From Candidatus Eiseniibacteriota bacterium (GTDB taxonomy: Bacteria; Eisenbacteria; RBG-16-71-46): a DNA stretch of 43,118 bases. The translations under genes and the position numbers were made by a program. The number at the start of each line of letters is the position of its first letter. Position 1 is the stretch's first letter. This document shows, in pieces, positions 9,427-17,561 of this stretch. The stretch covers positions 1-43,118 of the forward strand of contig JANLOX010000007.1 in NCBI GenBank assembly GCA_031366795.1. Reading direction: 5' to 3'. The notes below the pieces were generated by a model that made no database searches, had not been told where the DNA came from, and was given only the letters and a program-made list of their open reading frames with translations.

Positions 9427-10961
9427 TCCCACTCGATCGTCGACGGCGGCTTGCTTGTGCAGTCGTACACCACGCGATTGATGCCACGCACTTCGTTGAC
9501 GATGCGGCTCGACACGCGCGCGAGCAGGCTTGCGGGCAGGCGGGTCCAGTCGGCCGTCATGCCGTCGGTGCTGTTGACGGCGCGCAGCGCGATCACGCGT
9601 TCGTAGGAACGCTCATCCCCCTTCACGCCCACGGTCTGCACGGGCAGCAACACGGCGAACGCCTGCCAGGTGCGGTGGTACCACTTCGCGCGGCGCAGCT
9701 CTTCCATGAAAATCGCGTCGGCGCGCCGCACCAGCATCAAGTCTCGCTCGTTGACGGGGCCGATGATGCGCACGGAGAGCCCGGGACCAGGGAACGGGTG
9801 ACGGTCAATCAGGTGGTCGGGCAGGCCCAACTCACGGCCGAGTGCCCTCACCTCATCCTTGAACAAGGTGCGCACGGGTTCGACGAGTTTCATGTTCATG
9901 CGCTCGGGCAAGCCGCCGACATTGTGGTGGGACTTGATCACCTGCGCGCCCCAGCCGGTCGAGGCGCTCTCGATTACATCGGGGTACAAGGTGCCCTGCG
10001 CGAGGAATTCGGGTTTGCCGTGGCGCTTGGCTTCGTCCTCGAACACCGCGATGAACTCGGCACCGATGATCTTGCGCTTCTGCTCGGGGTCCTCGACGCC
10101 GGCGAGCTTGCCGAGGAAGCGCTCCTGCGCATCGGCGACGATCACGTGCAGGCGGCGCCGGCCGCCGAGTTCGTAGGCGACCTGCTCGGCCTCACCCTCA
10201 CGCAGCAGACCGTGATCAACCAGCACGCACACCAGTCGGTCGCCGACCGCTTTGTGGCACAAAGTCGCCACGACGGTGCTGTCGACACCGCCGGAGAGCC
10301 CGCACAGGATGCGGCCCTCGCCCACCTGCTCGCGGATCGTGGCGACGGCGCTGCGCAGGAATCCCGACATGGTCCAGCCGCCCTTGAGCTGGGCGACCTT
10401 GAACAGGAAATTGCGCAGCACCTGCGTGCCGTAGGGCGAGTGCACGACCTCGGGATGGAACTGGATGAGATGGAACGGCAGCTTCGCGTGGCGCGCACCG
10501 GCGAACGCGCAGTTCGAAGTGTGCGCGGTGCGCACCCAACCATTCGGCAGCGCACTGACTTCATCACCGTGGCTCATCCAGGCGCGAAACTTCTTGGGCA
10601 CGCTCTCGAACAGCGGCGATGCGCCGTCGCGCAGGAAGGTCGCGGTGCCGTACTCGGCGCGCTCGGCCTTCGCGACCTCACCGCCGAGCAACTGAACCGT
10701 CGCCTGGAACCCGTAGCAGATGCCGAGCAGCGGCTTCTTCATGGCATAGATGCCGGCATCGGGCAGTGGCGCCTCGGCGCGATAGCCGCTCGAGGGTGAG
10801 CCCGAAAGAATGAAGGCGCTCGGGCGCTTGGCCTTGATCTCGGCGAGCGGCAAGTTGCCGGGGACGACTTCGGAGTACACGCCCAACTCGCGCACACGGC
10901 GCGCGATGAGCTGGGTGTACTGGGAACCGAAGTCGAGAATCAGTACGAGTTCACGCGCCAC
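9423..10961 (-). CDS. guaA: GMP synthase (glutamine-hydrolysing)
   Basis: ILDFGSQYTQLIARR, GICYG, QFHPEV, SGGVDS, IKSHHNVGG, KPPSTIEWE; AAGGAG SD before GTG 10961. Confidence 0.98.
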   Translation of the reverse strand: MARELVLILDFGSQYTQLIARRVRELGVYSEVVPGNLPLAEIKAKRPSAFILSGSPSSGYRAEAPLPDAGIYAMKKPLLGICYGFQATVQLLGGEVAKAERAEYGTATFLRDGASPLFESVPKKFRAWMSHGDEVSALPNGWVRTAHTSNCAFAGARHAKLPFHLIQFHPEVVHSPYGTQVLRNFLFKVAQLKGGWTMSGFLRSAVATIREQVGEGRILCGLSGGVDSTVVATLCHKAVGDRLVCVLVDHGLLREGEAEQVAYELGGRRRLHVIVADAQERFLGKLAGVEDPEQKRKIIGAEFIAVFEDEAKRHGKPEFLAQGTLYPDVIESASTGWGAQVIKSHHNVGGLPERMNMKLVEPVRTLFKDEVRALGRELGLPDHLIDRHPFPGPGLSVRIIGPVNERDLMLVRRADAIFMEELRRAKWYHRTWQAFAVLLPVQTVGVKGDERSYERVIALRAVNSTDGMTADWTRLPASLLARVSSRIVNEVRGINRVVYDCTSKPPSTIEWE

Positions 10962-11020
10962 TCGCAGTCTCCTTGGGAAGTCGTTTGCTCGCCACGCCAC
11001 CGCGTGCTGCGCTTCGCATC

Positions 11021-12553
11021 CTAGTGCTTGAACTCCCGCCGTCCGGTGAACACCATCGCGATGCCGTGCCGGTCACACGCCTCCACCACCTCAGCATCGC
11101 GCATCGAGCCACCGGGTTGCACGATGGCGCGGATGCCGGCGGCAGCGGCGTGCTCGATATTGTCCGCGAATGGAAAGAAGGCATCGCTCGCCAGCACCGC
11201 GCCTTCTAGTGAGTGCCCCGCGCGCTTCGCCTTCATGATGGCCACATCGACGGCATCGATGCGACTCGTCTGTCCCGCGCCGAGCCCGATCAACTGCGTG
11301 TCGCGCGCGATGACGATCGCGTTGGAGCGCGCCGCACCGACGAGTGTCCAGGCGAATTCGAGCGCGCGTGATTCGATCGCCGATGGCGTCCGCTGCGTCA
11401 CGGACCGCCACTCAGGCACCGTCCCGGGAGCATCGCGTTGGGCCAGCCAGGCGCCTCCCACCTCACGTAATGTCCAAACGGAGCCGGGCTCGGCAACCTG
11501 TTGCAAATCCATACTCAAGAGCCTCAGGTTCTTCTTCTGCGCGAAGGCTGCTTCGGCCCCCGGGGCAAACCCGGGCGCCGCGACGCACTCAATGAACAAA
11601 GGCGCCACCGCGGCTGCGGTCGCGGCATCGATCGGGCGGTTGAACGCCACGATTCCACCGAATGCCGAGCGTTCATCGGAGTTCAGGGCAAGCGCGTACG
11701 CGGCCTCGAGCGTCCCAGCAGTACCGGCGCCACACGGTTGGTTGTGCTTCACGATCACGCACGCCGGCTCGCTGAATTGCGCGACCAATCGCACCGCAGC
11801 GTCGACGTCGAGCAGGTTGTTGTAAGAGAGCTCCTTGCCCTCGCGGGCCGATTGCCATAACGCGGCATGTCCTGGTGCTGCGTAGACCGCAGCCTGCTGG
11901 TGCGGGTTCTCGCCGTACCGCAAGCCGCGCACGCGCTCGAGCGAGACGACGATGTGCGAAGGCGTCCCCTCTCCCGCGCGACGCGATAAGTCCGCGGCAA
12001 TGGCCGCGTCATAACGCGCCGTGCGCGCGAACGTCGCGGTCGCCCAGGCTCGCCGCTGTTCGAGCGTCGTGGCACCCGCGCGCAGCGCTTCGAGAATCGC
12101 CGGGTACTGCGCGGGATCGTGCGCAACGATCACATGCCTGAAGTTCTTCGCCGCTGCGCGCAACAGCGCCACGCCACCGATGTCGATCTCCTCGATCGCG
12201 TGCGCCTCATCCAGCGCCGCGGTGCGTTGCTCGAACGGATACAACGTGACGGCCACCAGATCGATCGGTTCGAGCCCGCGTTCGAGCAAGCTCGCGAGAT
12301 CGGCCGCGACATCGCGCCGCGCGAGGATCGGGCCATGAATGTTGGGGTGCAGCGTCTTCACGCGCCCGCCCAGCATCTCGGGCGTCTGCGTCCACTGTTC
12401 GACCGCCGTGACCGCGATGCCCGCTTCACGCAGGGCCGTCGCCGTGCCGCCCGAGGCGATGATGCGCGTGCCGCCCTGCGCCAGGGCCGCAGCGAACGCC
12501 ACGGCTCCGCGCTTGTCGGACAGCGACAGTAGCGCGGCGCGCGGCCAGCTCAA
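11021..12553 (-). CDS. purH: Bifunctional AICAR transformylase/IMP cyclohydrolase
   Basis: GGRVKTLHP, IDIGG, LRYGENPHQ, KHNQPCG, SDAFFPF, QPGGSMRD. Confidence 0.97.
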   Translation of the reverse strand: MSWPRAALLSLSDKRGAVAFAAALAQGGTRIIASGGTATALREAGIAVTAVEQWTQTPEMLGGRVKTLHPNIHGPILARRDVAADLASLLERGLEPIDLVAVTLYPFEQRTAALDEAHAIEEIDIGGVALLRAAAKNFRHVIVAHDPAQYPAILEALRAGATTLEQRRAWATATFARTARYDAAIAADLSRRAGEGTPSHIVVSLERVRGLRYGENPHQQAAVYAAPGHAALWQSAREGKELSYNNLLDVDAAVRLVAQFSEPACVIVKHNQPCGAGTAGTLEAAYALALNSDERSAFGGIVAFNRPIDAATAAAVAPLFIECVAAPGFAPGAEAAFAQKKNLRLLSMDLQQVAEPGSVWTLREVGGAWLAQRDAPGTVPEWRSVTQRTPSAIESRALEFAWTLVGAARSNAIVIARDTQLIGLGAGQTSRIDAVDVAIMKAKRAGHSLEGAVLASDAFFPFADNIEHAAAAGIRAIVQPGGSMRDAEVVEACDRHGIAMVFTGRREFKH

Positions 12554-13467
12554 GCGCGCGGCCCCGTCAGGCGCCGCATCGCGACGAGATAGGACTCGCG
12601 CGTCTTCGCCACCACATCCGCGGGCAGCGCCGGCGCCGGCGGCTCATGGTTCCAGCCCGAGCGGTCGAGCCAATCGCGCACGCTCTGCTTGTCGAATGAC
12701 CGCAGCCGCCCGGCTTCGTAATCGGAACGATCCCAGTAGCGCGACGAATCGGGCGAGAGGATCTCGTCGATCAACGTCAGCTCGCCGTCGACCCGGCCGA
12801 ACTCGAACTTCGTATCGGCCAGCACGAGCCCTCGCGCCCACGCCCACGCGCGCGCCTCTTCATAGATCGCGACGCTGCGTGTGCGCAACGCCTCAGCCGT
12901 GTCGTTACCCACGCGGCGGGCCATTTCCTCAAACGAAATGTTCTCGTCGTGCCCGTGGTCTTCCTTGGTCGCCGGCGTGAAGATCGCCGGGTCGAGCCGC
13001 GAGCCATCGTGCAGCCCCGGCGGCAGGGTGATGCCGCACACCCGGCCATTGCCCTGGTACTCCTTCCAACCCGAGCCCGTCAGGTAGCCGCGCACCACGC
13101 ATTCGATATCGATGCGCTCGGCGCGCCGAACGAAGTGGCTGCGGCCGGCAAGCAGCGCGGCGTGCGCGCGGAACGGTTCCGGGAAGGTGAGCGGATCGTC
13201 ACTGACGAGATGATGCGGCGCCGCCGACTTGAGCGTGTGCATCCAGAACGTCGTCATGCGCGTGAGGATCTCGCCCTTGCCGGGAATGGGAGTCGGCAAC
13301 ACCGAGTCGAAGGCGGAGAGGCGATCGGAGGCGACGATGACGAGATGGTCGGGCCCCGCTTCGTAGATCGTGCGGACCTTCCCCTGCCTGAAGGGCGTGA
13401 GCCCGGGCAGGTTGATATCGGCGATGCCCTCGGTCGAGATCGGCGGCAGCATCGAGTTCGTCATCAT
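12550..13467 (-). CDS. purC: SAICAR synthase
   Basis: GKVR, SDRLSAFD, ECVVRGYLTGSG, ADTKFEFG, PDSSRYW, FDKQ. Confidence 0.97.
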   Translation of the reverse strand: MMTNSMLPPISTEGIADINLPGLTPFRQGKVRTIYEAGPDHLVIVASDRLSAFDSVLPTPIPGKGEILTRMTTFWMHTLKSAAPHHLVSDDPLTFPEPFRAHAALLAGRSHFVRRAERIDIECVVRGYLTGSGWKEYQGNGRVCGITLPPGLHDGSRLDPAIFTPATKEDHGHDENISFEEMARRVGNDTAEALRTRSVAIYEEARAWAWARGLVLADTKFEFGRVDGELTLIDEILSPDSSRYWDRSDYEAGRLRSFDKQSVRDWLDRSGWNHEPPAPALPADVVAKTRESYLVAMRRLTGPRA

Positions 13468-14267
13468 GGGCCTCCTGTCGGGGGTGTGATGGGACGCGAA
13501 GTCGTGGCAACGGCCAATGTGGCACCGGTGCCCGGTACGATGAAGTGCTGTTCAATCCAACGCGGCAAATCCGCGATGCCGGCGATGCGCGCGCCACCCG
13601 TTGCCACGTAGGCACCGCCGGGGTCGATCAGTACGAAGTGGAGTCCCGCAGCGCGCGAGCCCACTTCATCGCCGCAGCGAATATCGCCGACGTACAGCAC
13701 ACGCTCCGCCGGCAGCCGCATGCGATCGAGTGCCATCTGGAAGATGCGCGGGTCGGGCTTCGAGACTCCGGCCCAGTGCGAGTCGATCACGAACTCGAGT
13801 TCGTCGAGCACCCCCCAATCGCGAATGTGTTGCTCCGCGCGGCCATCGGAATTCGACACCACGGCGCGGCGTAGTCCGAGCTCGCGCACTCCGCGCAGGG
13901 CTTCAGGCGCGCCTTCGTTGACGCGCAGCCATAGCCCCACGTCCAACTGCCGGACCCACCAGCGCTCCACGATGCGTGGCACCAATGCTTCCGGCACGCC
14001 CGCGGCGGTGAGCATGCCGACGAAGTAGGGATGCGGATCCATGACGGCGAGCGGCGAGGGCAACGCTACCGCCGCGCCGTACCCCTCGATCATGCCGACG
14101 CTGCGATCGAGCCAGCGCCGACCTTCGAGCTCGGCCGTGCGCAGTGTCGCGGTGTCGAGCGAGGCACCGAGCTCACTCGCGCACGCGGCCATCCATTCGA
14201 AGTCGAGACACCCCAGCGTCCCGCCGGCGTCGAACAACACCGCCTCGAGCACGGGGCGATCAGCCAT
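13464..14267 (-). CDS. HAD-superfamily hydrolase (subfamily IA)
   Basis: LFDAGGTL, VVSNSDGR, KPDPRIF, YVGD...D motifs; start ATG 14267 overlaps the purN end. Confidence 0.9.
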   Translation of the reverse strand: MADRPVLEAVLFDAGGTLGCLDFEWMAACASELGASLDTATLRTAELEGRRWLDRSVGMIEGYGAAVALPSPLAVMDPHPYFVGMLTAAGVPEALVPRIVERWWVRQLDVGLWLRVNEGAPEALRGVRELGLRRAVVSNSDGRAEQHIRDWGVLDELEFVIDSHWAGVSKPDPRIFQMALDRMRLPAERVLYVGDIRCGDEVGSRAAGLHFVLIDPGGAYVATGGARIAGIADLPRWIEQHFIVPGTGATLAVATTSRPITPPTGGP

Positions 14268-14895
14268 GGCGCGCAGGACTCCCAAACACCAACCGTCGTC
14301 CCTCGAGATGAGGGGATCCGCCGAAGTAGCGGCACACGCTCTCCCGGTAGAGTTTGTGCTCGGCCTCATGCACGCGCCGCGTGAGCCCCTCGACATGGTC
14401 GCCGTCGAGGACCTCGACCGCGCGTTGCCCGATGATCGCTCCCCCGTCGACCACTTCGCTCACGACATGCACGGTGCATCCCACGACGCGAGCGCCGTGT
14501 TCAAATGCGCGCTCGATGGAGCGCAGTCCGGGGAACGCCGGCAGCAGCGACGGATGGATGTTGAGGATGTTGCCGGCATAGGCCTCGAGCAATGGCGAGT
14601 GCAGGCGCCGCATGAACCCGGCGAGCAGGATGGCCTGGATGCCGTGGGCGCGCAGGCTGTCCAGCCAGGGGCGTTCGTCCTCGATCCGCGTTCGCCGCGA
14701 TCCGACGGGCGGGCACTCGGCGGGAACTCCGAGACGGTGCGCGCGTTCGAGCGCCATGGCGCCGGGTTGGTCGCACAGCAGTAGCGCGATGGAGCCGGGG
14801 AAACCGCCGGCCCGGGAGGCGTGAACGAGCGCCTCGAAGTTGCTGCCGGAACCCGAGGCCAGCACGGCGAAAGAAACAGGGGTACGCGCGAGCAC
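14260..14895 (-). CDS. purN: Phosphoribosylglycinamide formyltransferase
   Basis: AVLASGSGSNFEAL, LAGFMR, NIHPSLLPAFPG, GCTVHVV..VDGGAII; start GTG 14895 (or ATG 14916). Confidence 0.95.
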   Translation of the reverse strand: MLARTPVSFAVLASGSGSNFEALVHASRAGGFPGSIALLLCDQPGAMALERAHRLGVPAECPPVGSRRTRIEDERPWLDSLRAHGIQAILLAGFMRRLHSPLLEAYAGNILNIHPSLLPAFPGLRSIERAFEHGARVVGCTVHVVSEVVDGGAIIGQRAVEVLDGDHVEGLTRRVHEAEHKLYRESVCRYFGGSPHLEGRRLVFGSPARHG

Positions 14896-14900
14896 ACCGC

Positions 14901-14930
14901 AATCTATCAACCGCATCGCGCGCGCGGCAA
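14901..14930 (-). promoter_or_regulatory. Putative sigma-70 promoter of the pur operon
   Basis: TTGCCG-18 nt-TAGATT with extended -10 TG (TGaTAGATT), 5 nt before the purN GTG. Confidence 0.5.
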
Positions 14931-15047
14931 GCGCTCGAGGTCCAGGCGTTGCCGGAACGCGTGATCGAAGGATGCCCGTGGCACCGCAACGCTCGTGGCG
15001 GGTGGACGGCCAGCGCATCGCATTCGTGGCGCACTGAACAATCCGGG

Positions 15048-17513
15048 CTATGGCCTTCTCGGTGCGCCACCGACGCCTGTGCACACTTGCGAGGGCTCGG
15101 CAGTACGCTCCGCGAACGCCCCGCGCTGCCAATCGATGCGGCGCACCCCCTCATCTGTGAGCTCGAACCAAATGGCGCCTGAGACATCCGTGCGCTCGAT
15201 GACCGCGGTGGTCGTTGCGAGCCGCGCAAGAGTCGAGGGTGCCGGATGGCCGAAGCGATTGCGCCGGCCGCACGAGAGCACCACATGCTCGGGCCGCACA
15301 CGTTGCAGGAACGCCTCCCCCGTCGAGCTGGCCGAGCCGTGATGGCCGGCTTTCAACACGCGCGTGGGCGCCTCGATGGCGATGCGCACCTCCACGCTGC
15401 TGTCCACATCCGCCATCAACATCGCGACGCCAGCCGAGTTGCCGCAGCGCAGCACGACGCCTCCCGCGTTATCCGGCGTGATGCCACGCGGCGCCGTGAA
15501 CGGCGTTCCCGCCACGGGCGGCCACAGCACTTCGAGCGCTGGCTCGTCATGCAGCCGCACTCGTGCGTGCACGGCGTGCCCCTTAAAGCGTTCGAGCGGC
15601 GGCGGCTGGCCGTCGAGCGGCGCCGGCACATAGACCTGTCGCACCGTCATTCCGCGCCGCACCGCGGGTACCCCGCCGCAATGATCCGAGTCGTCGTGCG
15701 TGATCACCAATCCCTCGAGCCGCTGCACGCCCGCCCAGCGCAGGAACGGCAACACAATCTGCTCGCCGGCATCGAAGCGCGCGGCCGCCGCGCCGGTGTC
15801 GACGAGCCACCAGCCGTCGGGGAAGCCGAGTGCGATCGCGTCGCCTTGGCCGACATCGAGGAACACGAGCCACGCGCGTCCCGGTGAGGGACGCCGCTCG
15901 CTCCCCCACGCCGTGAGCACGACCGCGGCCGCGCACAGGGATAGCCCGACGAGCGCCGCGGCGGTGACGGGCGGCGTGGCCCGCGGTGGCGCTGCCGGTT
16001 GCCAACGCCGCGCCGAGGCCCACACCAGCAGCGCAGCACCCGCGCTCGCAAGCACGATCAGCGCCGGGTCATCGCCCGCCGCGCGCGCGGCCCCCGGAAT
16101 GGCGGCAGTGTGCGCCACAATCCACTCGAACGCGAAGCACAACGTGTCGCACGCGCTGAACCATGCCTTGCCTAGACCCGGCCACACCACGTCCGCGATC
16201 AGCGCGAGCCACGCGGCACTCAGCAGCCATCCCGCCACGGGCACGGCGATGAGGTTCGCCGCGGGTGCCAGCCAGGCGAACAGGTGGAACGACGACAGCA
16301 CGAGCGGCATCGATACGATCTGCGCGCCGAGCGTGGGAATCAAAGCGCCGAGCCACGCGGCGGCACGCGGCGAAGCAGGCCGCCACTGCCCGAGCGTCAC
16401 GAGTCCGAGTGTCGCGGTGCAGGACAACTGGAAACCGAGGTCGTCGATCCAACCGGGGAATGCCGCGAGCAGGATCACCACCGACAGCCCGAGCGCCTGC
16501 AGCGGATCCAGGCGACGTGATGCGAGTCGCGCACTCGCCGCGACCAACTCGGATACGGCGGCACGCGCCAGCGAAGGGATCGGTCCCGCCAGGCCCAGGT
16601 AAACGAGCGCGCATCCCGCGCTCGCGAAGGCGCGGCCACGCACGCCGGCGCCGGCCGCCGCGGCGAAGGTGCCCGCGAGTTCCGCGAGCCACACGACGTG
16701 CAAGCCCGACAGCGCGATCAGGTGTACCAACCCCGCGACGCGCAACTCCGCGCCGAGGTCCGGCGGCAATTCGGAGCGGTCCCCGAGCACCAGCGGCCAC
16801 ACGATGGCGCGCGCGCGCGGCGTGAGCCGCGTGGCGAGACGGCGTTCGAGCGCCGTGCGCCAGCGTCCCAGCGTGCCGCGCGGCCAGCCGAACACGCCGC
16901 GCTCGTGCGTCACCCTGCAGCTGATGAGTCGGCCGCTGCCGATCACCGAATTGGACGCGGCGAAGCGGATGCCATCGAAGCCACCGGGATTACGGGGCGC
17001 ATCGGGCCGGTCGATGCGCGCGAGACCGGCAAGCCGGTCGCTCCACTCGATGCGCGTGCCCGCGGGGCAGCGCAGGCGAAGGCGCGCGCCGCGCGGCAGC
17101 GGTGGCTCGGCGTGATCGATTGCCGCGATCACCGCCGGCTCGCTCGCCGCGTCCACCGGGGGTTCGCAGACATGTGCCTGCAGCCGGAACAGGTCACCTT
17201 CAGGCGGCAGCCATGCCCGGCAGCGCTCCAGCCTGTCGCGATGCGCGGCACCCCGGCTCACCGCCGCGGCCGCCAGCGCCGCCAACAGCACGAGCGTCCC
17301 CACGCGCGGCGGCAAGCGCGATGAGGTAGCGCACCACGCGATGAGGATCGCGATCAGCACGCCGCCGGCCAACGTCATGGCGGACGAAGCGAGCGCCCCC
17401 CCCTGTGACAGCGCCGCGACCAGCACGAGCGCCACGATGACTCCGCTCCGGCCTCCCATACCCAGAGCCCAAAGAAAGAGGCGTGCCGCGGGGTGAGACG
17501 CAGCACGCGTCAC
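15048..17513 (-). CDS. comEC: DNA uptake competence protein ComEC/Rec2
   Basis: GLVHLIALSGLHV competence motif, many TMs, C-terminal MBL domain (LDVGQGDA, THDDSDHCGG, KAGHHGS, NRFGHP). Confidence 0.95.
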   Translation of the reverse strand: MTRAASHPAARLFLWALGMGGRSGVIVALVLVAALSQGGALASSAMTLAGGVLIAILIAWCATSSRLPPRVGTLVLLAALAAAAVSRGAAHRDRLERCRAWLPPEGDLFRLQAHVCEPPVDAASEPAVIAAIDHAEPPLPRGARLRLRCPAGTRIEWSDRLAGLARIDRPDAPRNPGGFDGIRFAASNSVIGSGRLISCRVTHERGVFGWPRGTLGRWRTALERRLATRLTPRARAIVWPLVLGDRSELPPDLGAELRVAGLVHLIALSGLHVVWLAELAGTFAAAAGAGVRGRAFASAGCALVYLGLAGPIPSLARAAVSELVAASARLASRRLDPLQALGLSVVILLAAFPGWIDDLGFQLSCTATLGLVTLGQWRPASPRAAAWLGALIPTLGAQIVSMPLVLSSFHLFAWLAPAANLIAVPVAGWLLSAAWLALIADVVWPGLGKAWFSACDTLCFAFEWIVAHTAAIPGAARAAGDDPALIVLASAGAALLVWASARRWQPAAPPRATPPVTAAALVGLSLCAAAVVLTAWGSERRPSPGRAWLVFLDVGQGDAIALGFPDGWWLVDTGAAAARFDAGEQIVLPFLRWAGVQRLEGLVITHDDSDHCGGVPAVRRGMTVRQVYVPAPLDGQPPPLERFKGHAVHARVRLHDEPALEVLWPPVAGTPFTAPRGITPDNAGGVVLRCGNSAGVAMLMADVDSSVEVRIAIEAPTRVLKAGHHGSASSTGEAFLQRVRPEHVVLSCGRRNRFGHPAPSTLARLATTTAVIERTDVSGAIWFELTDEGVRRIDWQRGAFAERTAEPSQVCTGVGGAPRRP

Positions 17514-17561
17514 TTAGGCGAGCCGGCCGGGAATTCCCGGCCACGGAGGATGCGGTTGTGA

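Noticed and set aside
14930..15047. Possible ZMP/ZTP or purine riboswitch upstream of the pur operon
   Set aside because: No recognisable conserved core, and the predicted promoter lies downstream of this stretch.
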